From NCBI GenBank assembly GCA_963697135.1, contig CAVOMZ010000007.1, positions 348,463 through 412,462 of the forward strand: a DNA stretch of 64,000 nucleotides, written 5' to 3'. Shown here one piece after another: positions 50,461 through 60,753 of this stretch. Below the pieces are notes generated by a model. That model searched no databases, was not told the origin of the DNA, and was given only the letters and a program-made list of their open reading frames with translations. Both the position numbers and the translations under genes were made by a program. The DNA is from an uncultured Chloroflexia bacterium. Its GTDB lineage: Bacteria; Chloroflexota; Limnocylindria; Limnocylindrales; CSP1-4. The number at the start of each line of letters is the position of its first letter. Position 1 is the stretch's first letter.

Positions 50461-51596
50461 CCGCCTGTTTCGTTCGATTGTGCTCGCCCCCGGCCGGAAC
50501 CGGTAGCCCGTTCGACGGCGAAGATCCGGCTGAGCTCGAACGCCGGCGTCTCGGCCAGCTGGTCGTAGCGGCAGTCCTCGGGCCGGCGGTCCGGCCGCCA
50601 GCGCACGAACGTCGTCCCGTGCCGGAAGCGATCGCCCTGGAGGTGGTCGAAGGCGACCTCCACGACGCGCTCGGGCCGGAGCGCCTCCCACGAGAGGTCG
50701 CGGCCGCGATTCCAGCGGGAGGTGGCCCCGGGCACCCGCTGGCCGCTCGCCGCTGCCTCCTCGGCCCAGGCGGCCCAGCCGGCCCACGGATGGCCGTCCA
50801 GGGCCCCTTCGCGCAGCGGGGCAAGCTCCGCGACCAGCTCGGCCCGCCGGGTCATCGTGAACGACGAGGTGACCCCGACGTGGTGGAGGGTTCCTTCGGC
50901 GTCGAACAGACCGAGCAGGAGCGAACCGATCAGGCTGCCGGGGCCGTCCTTGTGCCAGCGGAAGCCAGCCACGACGCAGTCGGCGGTGCGCTGATGCTTG
51001 AGCTTGAGCATCGCCCGCTTGCCCGGCTGGTAAATGGCATCGAGGCGCTTGGCGACCACGCCGTCGAGCCCGGCACCCTCGAACCGTTCGAACCAGTCGA
51101 TCGCGGTCGCCCGGTCGAGCGTCGCCGGGGTCAGGTGGATCGGCGGCTGGGCAGCAGCCAGGACCGCCTCGAGCCGGCTCCGCCGCTCGCCCTGGGGGAC
51201 GCTCCGGAGATCTTCGTCCCCGAGCGCGAGGAGATCCCAGGCAACGTAGCTGGCAGGCGCTTCGGCGGCCAGCATGTTCACCCGCGAAGCCGCGGGGTGG
51301 ATCCGCAGGAGGAGGGCATCGAAATCGAGCCGGCCATCGCTCCCGGCGATGACCACCTCGCCATCGAGGACGCAACGCTCGGGCAAGTTGGCCCGGAGCG
51401 GCGCAGCCAGCTCGGGGAAGTAGCGATCGAGCGGCTTCAGGTCGCGGGATTGGATCAGGACCTCGTCGCCATCGCGGAAGACGAGCGCCCGGAAACCGTC
51501 CCACTTCGGCTCGAAGAGCCAGCCAGGGTCGCTCGGAAACGTCTCGGCCGGCTTGGCCAGCATCGGCTCGATCGGCGGGTTGACCGGGAGTTCCAT
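50457..51596 (-). CDS. ATP-dependent DNA ligase (LigC-like, stand-alone)
   Basis: Adenylation motif I EPKWDGFR, VDGEVV, LDGVVAKR and an OB-fold C-terminus. Intact 379 aa. Confidence 0.9.
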   Translation of the reverse strand: MELPVNPPIEPMLAKPAETFPSDPGWLFEPKWDGFRALVFRDGDEVLIQSRDLKPLDRYFPELAAPLRANLPERCVLDGEVVIAGSDGRLDFDALLLRIHPAASRVNMLAAEAPASYVAWDLLALGDEDLRSVPQGERRSRLEAVLAAAQPPIHLTPATLDRATAIDWFERFEGAGLDGVVAKRLDAIYQPGKRAMLKLKHQRTADCVVAGFRWHKDGPGSLIGSLLLGLFDAEGTLHHVGVTSSFTMTRRAELVAELAPLREGALDGHPWAGWAAWAEEAAASGQRVPGATSRWNRGRDLSWEALRPERVVEVAFDHLQGDRFRHGTTFVRWRPDRRPEDCRYDQLAETPAFELSRIFAVERATGSGRGRAQSNETGG

Positions 51597-51614
51597 CGCC
51601 CGGAGGATAGCCCG

Positions 51615-52508
51615 GTGAAGACGATCGAGGAACGCTACGACCGCTCAGCGCTCGCCTACCGGCGCTGGTGGGAGCCGGTCCTGGCCCCGACGGCCCTGGG
51701 CCTCCTCGACCGGCTCGAAGCGTCGGGCTGGCCGGATGTGGCGGGCCGGGGGTCGCAGGGCCGGGCGGCAACGGCCGGGCGGAACGAGCGGCCCGGCGAT
51801 GGGGCGGCTGCTCGACGTCGGAACGGGAGCCGGCCTGCTGGCGATCGCGGCGGCCGGGCGCTGGCCGAAGCTCGAGGTCGTCGGCCTTGACGGGTCGGCG
51901 GCGATGCTGGCCGTGGCCAAGGCGGCCTGGGACGAGCGTCGAGGCGGCCAGGCCGAGGACCGGATTCGCTGGGTCCGGGGCCACGCGGGCAAGCTCCCGT
52001 TCGAGTCGGGCGTGTTCGACGTGATCGTCAGCTCATTCGTCTACCAGCTCGTGCCCAATCTGAACCAGGCCCTGGCCGAAGCCCTCCGGGTGCTCCGGCC
52101 TGGCGGCCGCCTGGCGATCGTGACCTGGCGGGTCGGCGACGAGCCGTTCGCCCCCGATGAGGCCTTCGAATCGGCGATCGACGACCTCGATCTCGACTTC
52201 GACGAGGCCGACCAGGAGGAGCCGCGCTCGGGCGACTTTGCCTCGGCAGCCGCGGCAGCAACCCGCCTCAGGCGGCTCGGCTTCCGGCAGGTGATCGCTC
52301 GCGAGGCGTGGCTCGAACACGACCACGAGCCGGCCACGTACGCCGACTTCCTCGAGTCCTACGCCGAGAGCGAGACGTTCTCCGACCTGGAAGCCACTGA
52401 CCGCGACCGGCTTCGGGAACGGACGAAGGCGCGCCTGGCCGAATCTCCCGGAGCGAGTTCCGCTGGCGCGTACCGGTCGTGTACGTCCTGGCTCGGCGCC
52501 CAGCGTAG
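51615..52508 (+). CDS. Class I SAM-dependent methyltransferase (frame-disrupted, at least 2 switches)
   Basis: GGAGGA then GTG 51615 (VKTIEERYDRSALAYRRWWEP) is in the ORF 49881 frame. Motif I LLDVGTGAGLL and LRPGGRLAIV are in ORF 51736..52914. The plausible C-terminus EFRWRVPVVYVLARRPA is in a third frame, with TAG at 52506-52508. Confidence 0.75.
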
Positions 52509-52585
52509 ACGCCGCCGGGAATCCGGGCACCCGGAATTCGGGTATCGGACAGGGCGGCCCGGCCGGGATCAGGCCGGGCTGAGGG

Positions 52586-53245
52586 TCACGACTCGGAGGC
52601 GTCGGCCGAGGCAGCCTCGGTCTCGGTCTCCTCGGGGGCACCTTCGCCCGCGGCTTCCTCGGCGACCGGTGCGACCTCCTCGAGGCGCGGCGCCTGGACC
52701 CGGACCACGGCCTCGTCGAGGTCGGTCAGCAGGACCACGTCGTCGGGCAGGACCAGGTCGCGGACGTGCAGCGTGGTCTCGAAGTCGACCAGCGAATCGA
52801 TCGCGAGGGAGACCGACTGGGGCAGGTGGTCCGGCAGCGCCCGGACCCGGACCGACTCGGTCATGTGGAGCAGATTGCCCCCGTTCAGCTCGACCGCCGG
52901 GGCGACGCCGGTGAAGACGATCGGCACATCAACCGTCAGCTCCTCGGTCATCCGGACCGCGAGCAGATCGACATGCAGGACGCGCTGGTGGACGGGATCG
53001 CGCTGGATCGCGTGGATCAGGACCGGGGCGGCCCGGTGGCCGTCGACCGACACGTCGACAAGGGCGTTTGGGCCGGTATGGCGGTGGAGCGATTCGAAGT
53101 CGTGCGCATCGATCGTGATCGACTGGGACGGCACGCCATGGCCGTAGATCACGGCCGGCAGGCTGCCCGATCGGCGCAGGCCGGCGACGCGCTTGCCGAA
53201 GATCTGCCGCTCGGTGGCAGCCAGCTTCGGTCGGGTCGTGGTCAT
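52586..53245 (-). CDS. rplY: 50S ribosomal protein L25 / general stress protein Ctc
   Basis: LAATERQIFGKRVAGLRRSGSLPAVIYGHG... followed by an acidic C-terminal tail. GGAGGA lies 10 nt upstream. Intact 219 aa. Confidence 0.88.
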   Translation of the reverse strand: MTTTRPKLAATERQIFGKRVAGLRRSGSLPAVIYGHGVPSQSITIDAHDFESLHRHTGPNALVDVSVDGHRAAPVLIHAIQRDPVHQRVLHVDLLAVRMTEELTVDVPIVFTGVAPAVELNGGNLLHMTESVRVRALPDHLPQSVSLAIDSLVDFETTLHVRDLVLPDDVVLLTDLDEAVVRVQAPRLEEVAPVAEEAAGEGAPEETETEAASADASES

Positions 53246-53343
53246 CTGGGGAAGATCCTCCGTGGGTTGGCGGCGAGCCTAGCACAACAGGCGCCGAATT
53301 CCCGCCGGCCGCGATCCAGCCGGGCCGTTTCGCCAAGGCAGTG

Positions 53344-53349
53344 TAGATT
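53344..53349 (+). promoter_or_regulatory. -10-like hexamer TAGATT 6 nt upstream of the response-regulator ATG (possible leaderless transcript)
   Basis: The sequence is gtgTAGATTgcggcaATG, and there is no Shine-Dalgarno between the hexamer and the start codon. Confidence 0.35.
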
Positions 53350-53355
53350 GCGGCA

Positions 53356-54055
53356 ATGGCTGCCACGATCCTGATCGTCGAGGATGAATTCGCCGTTGCC
53401 CGCGGGATCCAGTACGCCCTCCAGCAGGAGGGCTACGAGGTCACCGTCGCCCGGAGCGGCGAAGAGGGCCTCGACTTCGCCATCAACCAGGCGCCCGATC
53501 TCGTCGTGCTCGACGTCGCGCCTGCCCGGGATCGACGGCTTCGAGGTGCTCCGGCGCCTCCGGGCGACGGGTTCGAAGGCGCCCGTCCTCGTCCTGACGG
53601 CGCGTGACGACGAGGTCGACAAGGTGATCGGGCTCGAGCTCGGGGCGGACGACTACCTGACCAAGCCGTTCGGGCTGCGCGAGCTGATGAGCCGGATCAA
53701 GGCCCTCCTGCGGCGGGCCTACGGCGACCTGGCCGATGCCGCCGGCGGCCGGGTGATCCGCCACGGCGACCTGCTGATCGACCTCGAGCGCCGGCGCGTC
53801 CAGCGCGGCCAGCGACGGATCGCCCTGACCGCGACCGAGTTCGAGATCCTGCGCCACCTGGCCAGCCGGCCGGGCCGGGTCTACTCGCGCCGGGAGCTGC
53901 TCGAGCTGCTGCGCGACTACGAGGCGCTCGACCAGGACGAGAAGACGATCAACGTCCACGTCAGCCACCTGCGCGAGAAGATCGAGGACGATCCGTCCCT
54001 GCCCGCCTTCGTCCTGACGGTTCGAGGTGCCGGCTACGCCTTCGCCGAGCGCTGA
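53356..54055 (+). CDS. OmpR/PhoB-family response regulator (one frame switch near 53515)
   Basis: ILIVEDE...DLVVLDV is in ORF 53356..53607. LPGIDGFEVL...LTARDD...DDYLTKPF and the winged helix TINVHVSHLREKI...VRGAGYAF are in ORF 53384..54055. Confidence 0.88.
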
Positions 54056-55723
54056 TCCGCGCCCGGGGCGCGGCCGGCCGCCGTCTCCGGATCCGCCGCG
54101 CGGTCGGTCGACTCGCTGCCGCGGACCTTCGCTGCCCGCCTGACGATCGCCTTCTCGGGCGTCGTCGCCCTGACCCTGCTGCTCGTCTTCATCGGGGTGA
54201 TCAACCGGGTCGACGACTACTTCTACAACAGTCCAGGTCAACGACCTCCAGGTCCGGGCCGTGACGGTCCGCGACGCTGATCATCGTCGTCGCTCGACGG
54301 CGCTGACCGACGGCGCAGCCGATCGTGTCGCCCGACGGACACGCTCGATCCGCGCGTCGTGCCAGTTCCTGGCCAACCCCGACCGAGCAGCGATCCTGGC
54401 CGACGACCTCGCCCAGGCCGACGTCAAGGTCAGCTCGGCCTGATCACCCGGGACGGCAACGGCAACGAGGTCCTCGTCCCGGCGACCAACGGGCGTGTTC
54501 AGCGCCCCGCTCGAGGCCCAGTCCCCGGTCTGGCCAGGCCCGGGACAACATCCCGTACAGCGACTCGGGGCCCGACGCCGTCCAGCAGAACAGCCTGTTC
54601 GAGTACGGGATCCAGGTCCGTCTGGCGAACCCGTACACCTACCGGGCGAGCACGCTCGCCGCGATCGTCTCGCTCCTGATCGTCATCGCCGATCGCCGGC
54701 CTGCTCCTGTCGGTCGTCGTCGCCTCGCTCCTGGCCCGGCGCTTCACGACCCCGCTGCGCCGGCTGACCGAGGCGGCCCGCGACCTGACCGAGGGCGACT
54801 TTGCCCGGCGGGTCGCGATCGACCCGCGCAACCCCGGCAGCACCGAGATCGTCGAGCTGTCGCGCCAGTTCAACCAGATGGCCGGCCGGCTCGACGAGAG
54901 CGTCGCGATCATCCGCCGGGATCGCGACCGGAGCCGCGACTTCCTGGCCGACGTGTCCCACGAGCTGCGCACGCCGATCGCGGCGATGCGGATGTTCAAC
55001 GAGCTGCTCCGGGAGGGCGCCGACGAACGACCCGGCCACGCGGGCCGAGTTCCTCGAGTCGAGCCGCCAGCAGCTCGAGCGGCTCGATTGGCTGGCCCAG
55101 AACCTGCTCGAGCTGTCGAAGCTCGACTCGGGCCTCGTCCTGCTCGACCTGCGGCCCGGATGACCTGCGGACCGCCGTCGAATCGGCCGTCGAGCAGGCC
55201 GAGCCGACGGCCGACCGGCGGGGCATCGAGCTGACCCTGCACACCGCCCCGAACCCGATCCGGATCCGCCACGATCCGCAGCGGATCGGCCAGGTCGTCT
55301 CGAACCTGATCGGCAATGCCCTGAAGTTCACCGCGCAGCGGCGGCCTGGTCAGCGTCGACGTCCGGGCGGATCGAGGACGGCGCCCAGATCGAGGTTCGC
55401 GACAACGGGATCGGGATCGACACTGCCGAGCTGCCCCGGATCTTCGAGCGGTTCTACCGCGGGCTCGATGGCGAACGAGGCCCGGGGCAGCGGCAGCGGC
55501 CTTGGCCTGGCGATCGTCAAGTCGGTCGTGGACATGCACGGCGGTCGGGTCACGGTGGACAGCCACGCTGGGCCAGGGGTCGTCCTTCGTGGTCGACCTT
55601 CCGCGCGATCCGCGCCAGGTCGAGCAGGCGGCCGCCAGCCGCCCGGCCGGCCAGCCCGAGATCGCCCGGGAGGCGAAATCCGCGAGAACCGGCTACGATC
55701 GACGGAACCGTCCGCCGAGGTAA
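54052..55723 (+). CDS. Sensor histidine kinase with HAMP domain (frame-disrupted, at least 5 switches)
   Basis: Motifs are spread over several frames: TM1 LTIAFSGVVALTLLLVF, HAMP RRFTTPLRRLTEAARDLTEGDF, H-box FLADVSHELRTPIAAM (ORF 54878..55234), N-box VVSNLIGNALKFT (ORF 54325..55776), and GSGLGLAIVK and GQGSSFVVDLP (ORF 55502..55723). The start is unresolved. Confidence 0.8.
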
Positions 55724-55855
55724 CGGATTCTTCATCGGCTCACCCTCCCCGGCTGAATCCGCAAGCCCCACGCTGACAGGACCACTCGGGGACACCCGGG
55801 TGATGAGCGCTCGAGCAGGTGACGCTGCTCGGTCTTCCAGGAGCACCAACCGCGC

Positions 55856-57457
55856 ATGAATCCCCCGGATCCCAGCAACCAGCCGCCCCTCGATCCCTGG
55901 GCTCCGGCTCCCCTGCAGGCTGCCCCAGTGCCTGCGCCTGACCAGGCCGGCCCCGCGGCCGCCCCGGATCAGGCCGTCCCGGCGCCTGCACCCGAGCCCC
56001 TGTCCTCCAACCCGACGACTGCCCCCCAGCAGCCTGGCCCGATCCCGCTCAGCGAGCCGATCACCGAGCCGCTGCCAGAGCCGATCCTGAGCGCGGCGCC
56101 GGCATCCCAGCCGGCCGAGCCGGCCGCCGTACTCGCCCGAGCCCGAAGGGCCCGCGGCCATCCCGCCGAGCGCGCCAACGCCTCCCGCCGCCCCGGTGAC
56201 CTATTCGCCCCCGCCCGAGGTGCCCAGCGAGTGGCAGCGCCAGACATGGGGCGCCCCGCCGGCGACCACCCCCGAGACCTGGTTCGAGCCGCCGGCCCCC
56301 GCCGCGGTCGTGGCGCCCGCCGGCCAAGCGCCGCGGGGCCGGCTGCCGGGATCGTCTTCCTCACCGCCGTCCTGGCCGCGGTCCTCGCCTCGGCCGGCAC
56401 GTACGCGGCGATCTCGGCCTCGGGTGGCCTCGACGGCCGGCGCCGACCGTCGTCGGCGCGCGGGCACGAGCGGCACGAACGTGACCCAGCCGATCACGGT
56501 CGACGAGCAGTCGGCCACGATCAGCGCGGCGGCCAAGGTCGGACCGGCCGTTGTCCGGATCGTGACCGCGGGGACCGATCCGAATGACGCACCGCCACTT
56601 CGGGGATCGGCTCCGGGGTGATCTTCGACTCGCACGGCTGGATCCTGACCAACCACCACGTCGTGGCCGACACGAACAGCCTGACCGTCCAGCTCAAGGA
56701 TGGCCGCCAGTTCCAGGGCACGATCTACGGGATCGACACCCTGACCGACCTGGCCGTGGTCAAGGTCGACGCGACGGGCCTGCCGACGGCCCCGCTGGGC
56801 GACTCATCGGCGATCAAGGTCGGCGAGCTGGCGATCGCGATCGGCAGCCCCCTGGGGACCTACTCGAACAGCGTCACCTCGGGGATCGTCTCGGCCACCG
56901 GCCGGAGCATCGATACCGATACCGGCTCGATCAACAACCTGATCCAGACCGACGCCGCGATCAATCCGGGCAACAGCGGCGGGCCGCTGGTCGACGCCCT
57001 CGGCAAGGTGATCGGGATCAACACCGCCGTCGCCACGAACGCCCAGGGGATCGGCTTCTCGATCCCGATCAACATCGCCAAGCCGATCATGCAGCAGGCG
57101 ATCGCCGGCCAGCCCCTTGCCCGGCCCTGGATCGGGATCCGCTACGAGACGATCGACCTCCAGCTCCAGCAGCAGCTCAAGCTGCCGGTCGCCCAGGGTG
57201 CCTGCGTCAGCGGCGGCCAGGATGCCAACGGCACCAACCAGCCCGGCGTCGTGGCGGGCAGCCCGGCCGACAAGGCCGGGGTCAAGGACGGCGACATCGT
57301 GACGTCCATCGAAGGCAGCGCGATCGATGGCGACCACCCGCTCGATGCCGTCCTCACCCAGTTCGCTCCCGGCCGGACGGTGACCCTCGCGATCAACCGC
57401 GACGGCAAGACGATCGAGCTTCAGCTCACCCTCGGGACCCGCCCGGCCAACCCCTAG
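55856..57457 (+). CDS. HtrA/PepD-like S1C serine protease with PDZ domain and Pro-rich N-terminus (frame-disrupted, at least 4 switches)
   Basis: The Pro-rich N-terminus and TM (IVFLTAVLAAVLASAGTYAAI) are in ORF 55856..56587. The protease core is in ORF 56618..57457: TNHHVV (His), DLAVVKV (Asp), GNSGGPL (Ser) and PDZ GVVAGSPADKAGVKDGDIV. Confidence 0.88.
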
Positions 57458-57898
57458 CCAGCGCGCCTACCCTGTCTTCCGGGACCCCGGTTGCCTGCCC
57501 CCCAAGGCGCCGGGGTTCCGGATTCCAGCGGCCCGACCGGCGCCGCCAGATCTCCACGCCGGCCCAGGCCAGGGTGCCGTCGATCGGAGCCTCCGGCTTG
57601 CGGACCCGGACGCCGACCTCGCTGATCGGCCCGAAGGCGGTCAGGACCTCCTGGGCGATCGCCTCGGCGAGGGCCTCGATCAAGCCGGAAGCTGGTCGAC
57701 TCGACGACAGTCCGGGCGACCTCGAAGACGGCGCCGTAGTCGACGGTCCGGGCGAGATCGTCCTCGACCGCGGCCGGCTGGAGGTTGAGGAGCATCTCGA
57801 CGTCGACCTGGAACGGCTGGTCGTTCAGCTGTTCGGCCGGCGACACGCCGTGCCGGCCGCTGGAAGACCATGTCGTGGAGGACGATCCGATCGCTCAC
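57426..57898 (-). CDS. folB: Dihydroneopterin aldolase (frame-disrupted; 3' end uncertain)
   Basis: GTG 57898 lies 8 nt after the folP stop. SDRIVLHDMVF, PAEQLNDQPFQVDVEMLL (ORF 57454..57846) and LIEALAEAIAQEVL...VGVRVRKPEAPI (ORF 57426..57683) are present. Confidence 0.75.
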
Positions 57899-57905
57899 CG
57901 CCGCA

Positions 57906-58811
57906 TCATGGCATGCCCGCCCGGACGATCGCGTCGGCACAGGCGGGCTGACCCGCAGGTTGGCCCGGACGTCGTGGACCCGGACCAGGTCGACCCCGGC
58001 CGCGACCGCGATCGCCGACGTGGCCAGGGTCGCCTCGAGCCGCTCCTCGGGCGGCAGGTCGAGGACCCGGCCGAGGGTCGACTTGCGGGACGTCCCGAGC
58101 ATGATCGGCCGGCCCAGGACATGCAGCTCGGCCAGCCGGCGAAGGATCTCCAGGTTGTGCTCCGGGCGTCTTGCCGAAGCCGAAGCCCGGATCGACGATC
58201 AGCTGTCGAGCGAGCAGCCTGCCGCGATCGCCCGCTCGATCGCCCGGCCCAGGTCGGCGATCACCTCGGCCAGCAGGTCCCGGTAGCGCGGCTTCGGCCC
58301 GGTTGTGCATCAGGATGATCGGGCACGGCCATCGCTCGGCGGCCAGGCGGGCCAGGCGGTCGTCCGGGCCGACGCCCCACACGTCGTTGAGCAGGTCCGC
58401 CCCGGCCGTCGATCGCCGCCGCGGCTACCTCGGGCTTCGTCGTGTCGACGCTGATCGCCGACTCGGGCAGGTCGGCCCGGATCGCCTGGATCACCGGCAC
58501 GACCCGGGCGATCTCCTCGGTCCAGGCCGACCGGCGCGATGGCCGGGCCGGGTCGATTCGCCGCCGATATCGAGGAGGTCGGCACCCTCGTCGATCATCT
58601 GCCGGGCGGCCGCGGCGCCCGGGCCAGGACGGCTCGGACCCGGGCTCGACCGGTCCGGCCGACAGGAGCCCGTCGCCGGAGAACGAATCGGGGGTCACGT
58701 TCAGGATCCCGACGACGTACGTCCGCTCTCCCCAGGTGAACGTGCGCCCGCCGATCCGGCTCGGCCGCGGGCGCTCCTGGGCGGCCTCGTGCGGCGGCGG
58801 ACGTCGCTCAT
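57906..58811 (-). CDS. folP: Dihydropteroate synthase (frame-disrupted, at least 5 switches)
   Basis: Read across several frames: VVGILNVTPDSFSGDG, DIGGESTRPG, ISVDTTKPEV, LLNDVWG, VDPGFGFGKT, MLGTSRKS and RVHDV. ATG 58811 overlaps the folC stop (ATGA). Confidence 0.85.
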
Positions 58812-60195
58812 CGCCCGGCCGGCCGATCGCGCGAGCGCCGGATCGTCGACGAGCAGCGCCCGGACCTCGCCGACGAGGTAGAGCGAGCCGGCCACGACGA
58901 TCGGGCCGGGCGCCTCGGCCAGGGCGAGCTCGAGCGCCGCGCCCGGCGGCCGGACGACCCGGACCGTGGGCCCGGACCCGACCCCGCGGCGGACCCGGCC
59001 GGGGACCCGGCGGCGCCCGTCCAGAGCGCAGCCAGGTCTTCGGCGGGCAGGGCCCGGGGCAGGTCGATCTGGGTGGCGATCACCCGGCCGGCTCCGAGCG
59101 AGGCGCGAGCGAGCCAGGGCGGCCACGATCCCGGCCACGTCCTTGTCGGCCATCGCCCCGATGACCAGGGTCACCGGCGGCGGGACACGCTCGGCGCCGC
59201 CGGCCAGGAACGGCCGGAGGTCGTCGAGGGCCTGGGCGAGGACCGTCGCTCCGGCCGGATTGTGGGCGCCGTCGAGCAGGACCTCGTGGCCGCGCCGCCT
59301 CGATCAGCTCGAGCCGGCCGGGCCAGCGCGCGCCGGCGTAGCCCTCACGCCGGGCCGCTGACGGGACGCGGGCGATCCCGGCCTCCTCGAGGGCGTCGAG
59401 GATGGCCGTCGGCGACGGCCACGTTGGCCGCCTGGTGCCGGCCGCGCAGGCCGACCCGGGTCGGGCCGAGGCCGGCCAGCTCGACCACGATGCCGTCCCG
59501 GTCCAAGCCGAGCAGCTCGGCCGGCGGGAGCGATCCGGAGGGGCACGCCGAGCCGGCCGGCGCGCCGCCGGATCACGGCCAGGCCATCGCCCGTCGCGCC
59601 GGTCACCGCCAGGTCACCGCGCATGATGATCGCGGCCTTCTCGCGAGCGATCGCCCGTGATCGTCGGACCGAGGTGCTCCATGTGATCGAGGTCCACGTT
59701 CGTGATCGCGGCCACGCCGCCGTCCCAGGCATGGGTGGCGTCGAGCCGCCCGCCGAGGCCGACCTCGACGACCGCCAGGTCGACCGCCTCGTCGGCGAAC
59801 CAGCGAAAGGCTGCCGCGGTCAGGAGCTCGAACTCGGTCGGGGCGCCGTAGCGGCCGGCGACCCGGTCGGCGGCCTCGAGGGCGGCCTCGACGATCCCGG
59901 CGAAGGCGACCGGTTCGACCAGCCGGCCGGCGATCTGGAGCCGCTCGCGGTAGGTCACGAGGTGGGGCTTGGGGGTCTCGCCGGGCCGGAGTCCGGCGGC
60001 CCGCAGGGCGTTCGTGACGAGAGCCAGGACGCTGCCCTTGCCGTTCGTCCCGCCGACCAGGGCACCCCGGAACGACAGCTGCGGATCGCCCATCTCGCGG
60101 AGGAGCGCCCGGGTCCGACCGAGGCCCAGCCGAATTCCGAACCGGCCCCGCTCCTGGAGCGCCGCGAGCGCGGCGTCGTAGGTCAGGCCGCCCAC
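58808..60195 (-). CDS. folC: Folylpolyglutamate synthase / dihydrofolate synthase (frame-disrupted, at least 5 switches)
   Basis: GTG 60195. The P-loop VGGTNGKGS and VEVGLGGRLDATH are in ORF 59614..60195. LDGAHNP, VIGAMADKD and GSLYLVGEV are in other frames (ORFs 59304..59732 and 58701..59174). Confidence 0.85.
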
Positions 60196-60196
60196 G

Positions 60197-60451
60197 TCAC
60201 TCGCGGCTGAGCTCGTCCTCGTAGAAGACGCACTGGTTGAAGCGCGGGGTCAGGCACACGTCGTTGATGTAGCCCTGCTCGAGATGGACCCCACCGCGAA
60301 GCTGGCAGCGCGAGACGTTCTGGTCCTGCCGGATCAGCGCCTTGAGGAGATGGGGGGCCTGGATCGGGATCGCGCCCCGCACGCCGGTCATGTAGAAGTG
60401 GGGACAGACGTTCCGGCGCAGGTTGGGCAGGCCAAACCCCGAGCGATTCAT
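60197..60451 (-). CDS. Orphan 84-aa protein with four Cys, coupled to folC
   Basis: Intact ORF MNRSGFGLPNLRRNVCPHFYMTGVRGAIPIQAPHLLKALIRQDQNVSRCQLRGGVHLEQGYINDVCLTPRFNQCVFYEDELSRE with GC-rich third positions. Its TGA ends 1 nt before the folC GTG. I recognised no family. Confidence 0.55.
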   Translation of the reverse strand: MNRSGFGLPNLRRNVCPHFYMTGVRGAIPIQAPHLLKALIRQDQNVSRCQLRGGVHLEQGYINDVCLTPRFNQCVFYEDELSRE

Positions 60452-60753
60452 CTGGGGAAGCGGCGGGTAGCCGGGGGGAGCCGGGGGGGCCGCCGGAGCT
60501 CACCCGGGCGATCGGCGGCATGCCGAACGCCGGACGACCGGTCGCTCGGGGGGATTTCGGATCTCGAGCCTGCACCCTGCTCCTCGGATTCGGCGCAGGC
60601 CACAAGACGTGCGCGCACCACGCCAGAGTACAACGGCCCGGCCTTCGCGCATCGCCCCGCCCGTCGTTCGAGACCGGCGGCCAGACGGCCGCGGTTCGGA
60701 CGAGCTGAGGCCTGGACCAGCCAGGTCCGGGCGATCTGCGACAATGGCCGGCG

